From the NCBI GenBank assembly GCA_041649555.1, contig JBAZMS010000001.1:11122-75121 (forward strand): 64,000 nucleotides of DNA, written 5' to 3'. The notes beneath the pieces were generated by a model, which was not told where the DNA came from, did not search any database, and saw only the letters and a list, made by a program, of their open reading frames with translations. Below are positions 56,794 to 64,000 of the stretch, in pieces. Source of the stretch: Candidatus Micrarchaeia archaeon. GTDB taxonomy: Archaea > Micrarchaeota > Micrarchaeia > Anstonellales > Bilamarchaeaceae. Position 1 is the first letter of the stretch; every line of letters starts with the position of its first letter. Made by a program: the position numbers and the translations under genes.

Positions 56794-59436
56794 ATGCCGG
56801 GATTAGAAAAAGATATAAATCTCTGTTGCCAATATTTTTTTATGGATTTCTATAAGACCCCTATTGTAGATTCATTTGAAAAACTCCAAACATTAAAATC
56901 CGGCCTTTCAAAAACCGAAGCAGAAAAAAGACTAAAAAAATACGGCCCGAATGAAACCACAAAGCCGAAAAAATTATCCGAAATTTCCTTATTCCTCAGC
57001 CAATTCAAAAATTTTATTGTATATGTGCTGATTTTTGCAGCAGTTGTTTCCTATTTTGTCGGTGAGGAAAAAGATGCAATAGTAATAGGGGTAATTATCA
57101 TCCTTAATGTTTGTCTTGGATTTTTTCAGGAATATAACGCAGAAAAATCCATAGAGGCGCTAAGAAAGCTTTCAAATCCAAAATCAATTGTCCTAAGAGA
57201 TGGAAAAACAATAGAAATAGATTCAAAAGATATCGTTATCGGAGATATAATCCTGATTGAAGAAGGTTCGTATATTCCTGCAGACGCAAGGGTTATAGAA
57301 TCAAATTCCCTTGTAATTGATGAAAGCACCTTTAGCGGAGAGTCTGCTCCGGTTTCAAAATCTTCAAAAACAATAGAAAAGGAATGCACACTTGCAGACA
57401 GGGTAAATATTGCATATGCAGGGACACTGGCAGTTAGAGGAAGGGGAAGGGCAGTTGTTTTTGCCACAGGAATGAATACTGAAATTGGAAAAATTGCGCA
57501 AAAAATAGAAGAAGAGCCGCTAAAAACAACACCCCTTCAAAAACAGCTTAATTCTCTTGGAGTATACATTACTATTCTTATACTTTTAATATGTGCAATA
57601 ATTGTTCTCATTCAATTTTATCTTGGAAAAGATCTTTTTGAGTCATTTTTGGTTGCAGTTGCGCTTTCTGTTGCTGCAATTCCAGAAGGGCTGCCGGCAG
57701 TAATAACAATTACTCTTGCCCTTGGAACCCAAAGAATGGTCAAAAAAAATGCGCTGATTAGAAGGCTTCCTGCAGTAGAAACCCTTGGGAGCACAACAGT
57801 AATCTGTACAGATAAAACAGGAACAATAACCAAAAATGAGATGACCGTAACAAAAATATTTTCCTGCGGAAAAATTCTTGATGCCACAGGAACAGGATAC
57901 AATTTAGAAGGAGAATTTTTATTGAATGGAAAAAAACTTTCAGATCTAAAAGAACACAAATTCCTTTTTGAGGCAGGACTTCTCTGCAATAATGCAATTA
58001 TCGATGGCCCGTCAGATCCAACTGAAAAAGCGATACTCGTTGCCTCCAAAAAATCCAAATTTAACCCGGAATACAAAAGAATCGAGGAGGTTCCTTTCAG
58101 TTCAGAAGAAAAATATATGCTGACAATTCATCAGAATGGGAATGAAAAAATCTCATATGCAAAAGGAGCGCCAGAAGTGATACTCTCAATGTGCAGCGGG
58201 GTTTATTCCAGGGATAAAATAATCCCCCTAAATTCAACTGAAAAGAAAAAAATTGAAGACGCCTATTTTAAAATGGCCTCAGATGCCCTAAGAGTAATTG
58301 CCCTGGCGTATAATCCAAAAGGAAATAAGAAAGATCTTATTTTTTTGGGTCTTATGGGCATGATTGATCCCCCGAGAGAAAATGTTAAAGAATCAATTGA
58401 GCAGTGCAAAATTGCAGGAATAAAGGTTGTAATGATCACAGGGGATCATTCTATTACTGCAAAAGCAATTGCAAAAGAGGTTGGAATAATTGGAAAGGTA
58501 ATAACAGGGCAGGAGCTTGATAATTTAGATGAAAAGGAGTTTGAAAAAGAGGTTGAAGAGATTGGGATTTATGCACGGGTAAGCCCTGAAAATAAAAGGA
58601 GAATTGTAAAAACCCTGAAAAATAAGGGGCATATTGTTGCAATGATCGGAGACGGGGTAAATGATGCAACAGCCCTTAAACTTTCAGATATAGGAACCTC
58701 AGTTGGCTCTGGAACCGAAGTATCCAAACAGGCATCAGATATGGTTTTATTGGATGATAATTTTACTTCAATTGTTTTGGCAGTAATGGAGGGCAGGTCA
58801 ATTTTTTCAAACATAAAAAAATTTATTAATTTTCTTTTTTCCTGCAATCTTTCAGAAGTTTTAGTCATATTTCTTGCCCTCTTAATAGGATTTCCCCTTC
58901 CGTTAATTGCAATACAAATTTTATGGATGAATCTTTTGACAGACGGGCTTCCGGCGCTTGCCCTTGGAATCGATCCAACCGATAAAAATGAAATGAGAAA
59001 ACCCCCCAGAAAAAAGAATGAAAAGATAATACAGGCAAATGACCTTCAGCTGATTCTCTCACAGGCATTTATTATGACTGCAGGGGTTTTGTTTTTGTTT
59101 AATTATTATCTTCCATTCGGGCTTGATTATGCAAGAACTGTTGCATTCTTTTCTTTGGTGATGTTTCAGCTTTTCAATGTATTCAATTACAGGGCAGGAG
59201 AAGGTTCGATTTTCTCTGGAAAATTCTTTGAAAACAGGTTTCTGTTGCTGGCAGTACTTTTTTCAGTAATTCTCCAGTTTGCGGCAGTTGAGATTTTCAC
59301 TGATGTTTTTGAAACTGTTTCATTGAAATTTTTTGATGTGTTGTTTGTTGTTTTGGTTTCATCATCAGTTTTGTTATTTTTTGAGCTTATAAAACTGATA
59401 AAAAAATTTTCAAATAACTCGGTTTCTGGAAACTAG
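56794..59436 (+). CDS. P-type ATPase, P2-type (Ca2+-ATPase-like) cation transporter. Start possibly MDFYKTP at 56842
   Basis: Phosphorylation motif CTDKTGTITKN. TGES-like (SGESAP). MITGDH. MIGDGVNDATALK. PEGLPAV transport-site motif. 10-TM layout. Confidence 0.9.
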   Translation: MPGLEKDINLCCQYFFMDFYKTPIVDSFEKLQTLKSGLSKTEAEKRLKKYGPNETTKPKKLSEISLFLSQFKNFIVYVLIFAAVVSYFVGEEKDAIVIGVIIILNVCLGFFQEYNAEKSIEALRKLSNPKSIVLRDGKTIEIDSKDIVIGDIILIEEGSYIPADARVIESNSLVIDESTFSGESAPVSKSSKTIEKECTLADRVNIAYAGTLAVRGRGRAVVFATGMNTEIGKIAQKIEEEPLKTTPLQKQLNSLGVYITILILLICAIIVLIQFYLGKDLFESFLVAVALSVAAIPEGLPAVITITLALGTQRMVKKNALIRRLPAVETLGSTTVICTDKTGTITKNEMTVTKIFSCGKILDATGTGYNLEGEFLLNGKKLSDLKEHKFLFEAGLLCNNAIIDGPSDPTEKAILVASKKSKFNPEYKRIEEVPFSSEEKYMLTIHQNGNEKISYAKGAPEVILSMCSGVYSRDKIIPLNSTEKKKIEDAYFKMASDALRVIALAYNPKGNKKDLIFLGLMGMIDPPRENVKESIEQCKIAGIKVVMITGDHSITAKAIAKEVGIIGKVITGQELDNLDEKEFEKEVEEIGIYARVSPENKRRIVKTLKNKGHIVAMIGDGVNDATALKLSDIGTSVGSGTEVSKQASDMVLLDDNFTSIVLAVMEGRSIFSNIKKFINFLFSCNLSEVLVIFLALLIGFPLPLIAIQILWMNLLTDGLPALALGIDPTDKNEMRKPPRKKNEKIIQANDLQLILSQAFIMTAGVLFLFNYYLPFGLDYARTVAFFSLVMFQLFNVFNYRAGEGSIFSGKFFENRFLLLAVLFSVILQFAAVEIFTDVFETVSLKFFDVLFVVLVSSSVLLFFELIKLIKKFSNNSVSGN

Positions 59437-59527
59437 CCGGAATTAATTGTGTTAACCTATGGTTTTTTAAATATTTTTAATTATAAGTATAATATAACTA
59501 ATTAATTAGATCCCAAATAATTCCATA

Positions 59528-59920
59528 ATGTGTTTTATTATGTACCGCTGTTTTAAAAGAAATCTCCAAGGAAGAGAGATTAAAATATATAAAAAGGGAG
59601 TTTTCTTCAAAACTGCCAATGTTCTTTTTGAAGATGCTAATGGAAAAATTTTAGTTATTGCAAAAAAATATCCCTGTTCAAAAGGGCAGTATGTAATCGA
59701 AATCAAGGGCTTTAAAACAGATGCAAACTATTCAAGGAATGCAAAAAGATATTCAACAATCGAGCTTCCAGCGCAAACTGATACATCAAGAAAAATCCAA
59801 GGAAATCTCCAAATGATACAAGATGCCATTTCAAAAAAACCAGAACTTTCATTTTTGTGGAATGTAATCAAAGAGGTTGCAAACCTGATAAAAGACAACA
59901 TTACGCAAGGGGATGACTGA
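59528..59920 (+). CDS. Hypothetical small protein
   Basis: 130-aa ORF upstream of the proteasome subunit gene. No motif recognised. Confidence 0.3.
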   Translation: MCFIMYRCFKRNLQGREIKIYKKGVFFKTANVLFEDANGKILVIAKKYPCSKGQYVIEIKGFKTDANYSRNAKRYSTIELPAQTDTSRKIQGNLQMIQDAISKKPELSFLWNVIKEVANLIKDNITQGDD

Positions 59921-59988
59921 ATTGCCTGCAATAACTATCTTTTTAAATATTTACTATATTAAAGAGTATTAATCTAAATACCTCCCAG

Positions 59989-60636
59989 GTGTTTTATATG
60001 GAAAAATTAAATATTGATTCTGAAAATGCTAAAAAAACAGGAACAACCACAGTAGGCCTTGTTTCAACTGACGGAATAGTTCTTGCCTCGGATAGAAGGG
60101 CAACAATGGGCTATTTGATTGCAAGCAAAGATATTGATAAGATATTTGAAATAGGAGACGGAATAGGAATGACTGTTGCAGGCAGCGTAGGAGATGCCCA
60201 GAAACTTGTAAGATGGATGAGAGCAGAACTCCAGCTCTATAAATTAAAACACGGAAAACAAATTACAATGGATGCTGCATCAACTCTTCTTGCAAATATA
60301 TTGTCCCAATATAAATTTTATCCGTTTTATGTCCAGCTTTTAATCGGAGGAATTGATAAAACCGGAGGTCATCTCTATAGTGTTGATATGCTTGGAGGAG
60401 TAACAGAAGAAAAACTTACAAGCACAGGTTCAGGCTCTCCAATTGCATACGGTGTTTTGGAAGAATTATATTCAGAATCTTATGACTGCATTCAAAATTC
60501 AAAAGTTGCAGCAAAAGCAGTTTCTGCAGCAATGAAAAGAGATGCAGCATCAGGAGAACGAGTCGATTTGGTAGTAATAGATAAAAAAGGATTTAGAAGA
60601 TTAACAAAAGAAGAAGTCAAAAAATTTGTTCATTGA
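59989..60636 (+). CDS. psmB: Proteasome beta subunit
   Basis: Propeptide then TTTVGLVSTDGIVLASDRRAT (N-terminal catalytic Thr). About 200-aa mature length. Confidence 0.9.
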   Translation: MFYMEKLNIDSENAKKTGTTTVGLVSTDGIVLASDRRATMGYLIASKDIDKIFEIGDGIGMTVAGSVGDAQKLVRWMRAELQLYKLKHGKQITMDAASTLLANILSQYKFYPFYVQLLIGGIDKTGGHLYSVDMLGGVTEEKLTSTGSGSPIAYGVLEELYSESYDCIQNSKVAAKAVSAAMKRDAASGERVDLVVIDKKGFRRLTKEEVKKFVH

Positions 60637-60728
60637 TTTTTTTATTTTTTTATATACTCTATTTTGGCGTATCCATAACTGCGCCTTGAATAACAAATAA
60701 CCACAAAAAACAAGCAATGTGATTTTAT

Positions 60729-62624
60729 ATGAAATTTAAACAAGTGGAAAAAATAGTAAAAGATATAATGCCCCCTGAATGCCAGGTGGTTTCAGTAGTT
60801 ACAGAAGGACTAATAATTGCAATATATGTAAAGGACATCCATGCATTTTACCGAAATGACCAGCTCATAAACCAGCTGGCATCAGCCCTAAAAAAGAAAG
60901 TGGTTGTAAGAGTTGATCCTTCTGCGTTAATGAATGAGGCAGAAGCACAAAAGAAAATAGAATCCATAGTCTCAACCGATGCATCAATATCAAGCATTTT
61001 ATTTAACACTCCGTTTTCAGAAGTATATATAGAAGCACTAAAACCAGGGCTTGTAATTGGAAAATACGGAAGCCTTCTAAAAGAAATCGTTCTTTCAACA
61101 GGATGGTCTCCAAAAGTTTTAAGGACCCCTACAATTCCTTCTGCAACCCTGAACGGAATTCGAAAAAGCTTTATTGCAGGAGCAGAGGAGAGAAAAAAAT
61201 TCCTTGGAAACCTTGGAAAAAAAATATTTCAGGATCCAATAAAAAATGAGTGGGTCAGGGCAACTGCACTTGGAGGATTTGGCGAAGTTGGAAGATCCTG
61301 CCTTCTTGTTGAAACCCAGTCAAGCAGGGTTTTAATCGACTGCGGGATAAATCCTGTCAGTGAAGACCCAAAAAAAGCATACCCTCTTCTCAATCTTTTG
61401 AATTTTCAATTAGACCAGCTTGATGCAGTAATAATAAGCCATGCGCATACAGACCACATGGGCTTTCTTCCCTATCTTTTTGCATATGGATATGAAGGGC
61501 CTGTTTACTGCACACCGCCAACAAGGGATTTAATGATTTTACTTCAACAGGATTATCTAAATCTTGCAAACCGGAATATAAATTTAAAAGCTCCCTATGC
61601 AAAAAAAGATATCCAAAAAGAAATAAAATATATTGTTCCTGTTGATTACGAGGAGGTTGTAGATATCACCCCTGAAATTAAAATGACTCTTTATAATGCA
61701 GGACATATCCTTGGAAGCGCAATGGTGCATTTGCATATCGGAGATGGTGCGCACAATCTGGTTTACACTGGAGATATGAAATTTGGGTTTACCCGTCTTT
61801 TTGATCCTGCGCAGACAAATTTTCGAAGGGCAGAAACCTTATTTATAGAAAGTACTTATGGAGGAAAAGACAATATATTGATGAATAGAAGGGATATGGA
61901 AATCAGATTGACACAGGTAATAAAAGAAACCATTGCAGCAGGAGGGCATGTTCTTATCCCTGTTTTTGCAGTCGGAAGAAGCCAGGAAATGCTTTTGGTT
62001 TTAGAGCAGAATCTTGCAAAAGACCCTGATTTCAATTCCCCTGTTTATATTGACGGAATGGTTTTGGAGGCATCAGCAATCCATACTGCCTATCCGGAAT
62101 ATTTAAGAGAATCCCTTCAGAGAAGGATACTTTCAAATAATTCTCCATTCGAATGGGATAAAATAAAGGTTGCAAAAGGAGAGGATAAGAAAACAATACT
62201 TGAAGGACCTCCGGGAGTTTTTGTTGCTCCATCCGGAATGCTTGCAGGCGGACCCTCTTTGGAGTATTTCAAAATGCTTGCAGAAGATGCTAAAAATACA
62301 ATTCTTTTTGTCGGGTATCAAAGCCCGATGTCTTTTGGTTCCAAAGTCCAAAATGGAATGAAAGAAATCCCGATTATTGATGAGGATGGAAAAACAAAAA
62401 TACTTAATGTGAATATGCGCGTTGAAACTGTTGAAGGATTTTCCGGGCACAGCGACCGCGCGCAATTAATGGCATTTATGAAAAATATGAGACCGACTCC
62501 TAATCGGATAATTACAATGCACGGGGATAATATGAAAACAGAAGATCTTGCCCGTTCTGCTTCGCTAATGCTTAAAAGGCAGTCCGATGCAATGATGGAT
62601 ATGGAGTCATACAGATTAAGATAA
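60729..62624 (+). CDS. Archaeal CPSF1-type beta-CASP ribonuclease with N-terminal KH domains
   Basis: MBL motif IISHAHTDHMGFLP, beta-CASP region, C-terminal GHSD. Two N-terminal KH-like segments. 631 aa. Confidence 0.85.
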   Translation: MKFKQVEKIVKDIMPPECQVVSVVTEGLIIAIYVKDIHAFYRNDQLINQLASALKKKVVVRVDPSALMNEAEAQKKIESIVSTDASISSILFNTPFSEVYIEALKPGLVIGKYGSLLKEIVLSTGWSPKVLRTPTIPSATLNGIRKSFIAGAEERKKFLGNLGKKIFQDPIKNEWVRATALGGFGEVGRSCLLVETQSSRVLIDCGINPVSEDPKKAYPLLNLLNFQLDQLDAVIISHAHTDHMGFLPYLFAYGYEGPVYCTPPTRDLMILLQQDYLNLANRNINLKAPYAKKDIQKEIKYIVPVDYEEVVDITPEIKMTLYNAGHILGSAMVHLHIGDGAHNLVYTGDMKFGFTRLFDPAQTNFRRAETLFIESTYGGKDNILMNRRDMEIRLTQVIKETIAAGGHVLIPVFAVGRSQEMLLVLEQNLAKDPDFNSPVYIDGMVLEASAIHTAYPEYLRESLQRRILSNNSPFEWDKIKVAKGEDKKTILEGPPGVFVAPSGMLAGGPSLEYFKMLAEDAKNTILFVGYQSPMSFGSKVQNGMKEIPIIDEDGKTKILNVNMRVETVEGFSGHSDRAQLMAFMKNMRPTPNRIITMHGDNMKTEDLARSASLMLKRQSDAMMDMESYRLR

Positions 62625-62632
62625 AAGAAAGA

Positions 62633-63982
62633 TTACCAGTGCCGTATATAATCATAATTTTTTATTGTTGGCGGAGCTGGAAGTTTTCCTTCTTTTTCGT
62701 ATTTTAATTGCAAAGGTATATATCTTTCTCTAATCTCACGCTTGAGTTCTTCAGAACAATCAATGTTTGGATCAAAAAATTTCAGACTTACTTCCTTTAA
62801 ACTATTTGATGGAAACGCCTTATAATACTGGGATAATTTTTTATGTATATTTTCTTGCCCGAAAATTTCTATTCCAAGCTCGTTACTTAGATATTTAAGC
62901 AAATATTCCGAGGCAAATGCATTTCCCTCTTCATTCCAATGGTCATCATTTGCGAATCTCAATTTTCTTGGGCCCTTATAATCTCTAAAAATAGGCCACA
63001 AGTCAATAACCTGCACTCCCCACTCTTCAAAAAATTGCCTTATAAAGGCATTATGTTCATCGCCATACCGGTCATCAACTGCGTATGGAGTTGTAACTAC
63101 ATAAAATTTATCTCCGTCAGCTTTGATTTGAGCTATCATTTTATCCATAATAACAGTAAAAAGTTTAACTGCATCGGAATTTCTATGGTCTATAATTTTA
63201 CTTTTATCTTTTCTTGATTCCTTATAATGTTGAACCCTCTCGCCTTCTACTTTTTCATAATCCCATTTTTTGTAATAATCAAAAAAGCTTGTTCCATATT
63301 TCGTATTCCAGAAAGCCTGCAATTTTTTCATAGCCTCCAATACATAATATGTTGTGTATAATTTGCTCAATTGGGTTTTTACAAATCCTCGTTCTTTGGA
63401 AGGGCAGTGAACTAGATTTCCTTTTTTATCAAGCGTTAATAATTTATTTATCATCATATCTTCCAAATCATTTTGGCAATAAAAATAAATTATTATATCA
63501 GGGTCCATTGCCCTTGCCTCATCCCTGTAGAATAAATAAATCTGCTCTGTTGCGTAATTTTCAATGCCATAATTTAAAATCTCAAATTTTCTGCCATTTG
63601 GTATTGTAGCATAGTTTAGCAGATAATCTAAAACTTCACTAACCCCATATTGAACTTCCATTCTTATATTTTCAAGAAAAGAATCCCCCATAGCTGCAAT
63701 TCGCATGGTGTTTTCTCCCTTGCTTAAAGTAAAATCCCTATGCTGTCTTAATGTCAATCCATTATGGATTGAAATGTATTCTGTTTTGTTTTCTAGATGA
63801 ATATTTTTACTTATTGTATACGCGCCGTTTCTAAATATTCTTGATTTTTCATAATGATAATGCCTGTCTACTAGATTTTGTATGTCCGGCCTGATCTGCC
63901 TTAATGCAATCTCCATTCCTCCAAATAAAAGTGCTGTTGTTATTATTGTTGAAGCTAAAAGAAGCGTCCCGCTTTTTAGCAT
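62633..63982 (-). CDS. Membrane-anchored SGNH-hydrolase-like protein of the AlgX/AlgJ (DHHW-motif) type
   Basis: N-terminal TM (LLLASTIITTALLFGG). GDS block AAMGDSFLEN. C-terminal NDDHWNEEG (DxHW) motif. Confidence 0.5.
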   Translation of the reverse strand: MLKSGTLLLASTIITTALLFGGMEIALRQIRPDIQNLVDRHYHYEKSRIFRNGAYTISKNIHLENKTEYISIHNGLTLRQHRDFTLSKGENTMRIAAMGDSFLENIRMEVQYGVSEVLDYLLNYATIPNGRKFEILNYGIENYATEQIYLFYRDEARAMDPDIIIYFYCQNDLEDMMINKLLTLDKKGNLVHCPSKERGFVKTQLSKLYTTYYVLEAMKKLQAFWNTKYGTSFFDYYKKWDYEKVEGERVQHYKESRKDKSKIIDHRNSDAVKLFTVIMDKMIAQIKADGDKFYVVTTPYAVDDRYGDEHNAFIRQFFEEWGVQVIDLWPIFRDYKGPRKLRFANDDHWNEEGNAFASEYLLKYLSNELGIEIFGQENIHKKLSQYYKAFPSNSLKEVSLKFFDPNIDCSEELKREIRERYIPLQLKYEKEGKLPAPPTIKNYDYIRHW

Positions 63983-64000
63983 TCTTCTGAATATATTTTT

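Noticed and set aside
1-64000. Search for CRISPR arrays, rRNA genes, and transposase, integrase or reverse-transcriptase genes (including a DGR template/variable repeat pair for the GC-rich island)
   Set aside because: No regularly spaced short repeats, no rRNA-like conserved stretches and no ORF with DDE, tyrosine-recombinase or YxDD motifs were found. No second copy of the GC-rich segment exists in the window.

Overview
This is an AT-rich archaeal chromosomal segment carrying about 65 densely packed genes on both strands, roughly one-third G+C by eye. The archaeal assignment rests on a family-B DNA polymerase, PCNA, FEN-1, aCPSF1, Pus10, aMBF1, a proteasome beta subunit, an archaeal-type riboflavin synthase and an intron-containing tRNA. 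The composition and the mix of secreted and surface proteins suggest a small-genome DPANN-like archaeon, but that is an inference.

Most of the window is housekeeping:
- purine synthesis genes purQ, purD and purF
- a complete rib cluster ribB-ribC-ribH-ribA-ribD
- pdxS and pdxT, and pyrD and pyrK
- glnA, a two-subunit 2-oxoacid:ferredoxin oxidoreductase, and a thiolase with its DUF35 partner
- transporters: a CPA2/TrkA antiporter, a CaCA exchanger and a P-type ATPase

Several accessory-looking islands stand out:
1. A VapBC-like toxin-antitoxin pair bracketed by a perfect 37-bp direct repeat (75-111 and 699-735).
2. A block of secreted or membrane-anchored hydrolases at 3325-7246: an MBL-fold protein, an ORFan, a C92 permuted-papain-like protein and a transglutaminase-like protein.
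3. A four-gene minus-strand operon at 8677-12540 encoding two membrane proteins, a HerA/VirB4-family ATPase and a coiled-coil wHTH protein, with a Cys-rich secreted protein next to it. I regard this as the best candidate for an undescribed membrane translocation or host-interaction module.
4. A minimal [FeFe]-hydrogenase catalytic-domain gene overlapping a YkgJ-type CxxCxxCC gene (24449-26097).
5. A protein made of three tandem excisionase-type HTH repeats, sitting between an intron-bearing tRNA and polB.
6. A sharply GC-rich ~120-nt segment inside an otherwise AT-rich ORF (about 35551-35675).
7. A 521-aa ORFan whose C-terminus resembles RelE/ParE toxins.

I found no rRNA, no CRISPR array and no recognisable transposase, integrase or reverse transcriptase.
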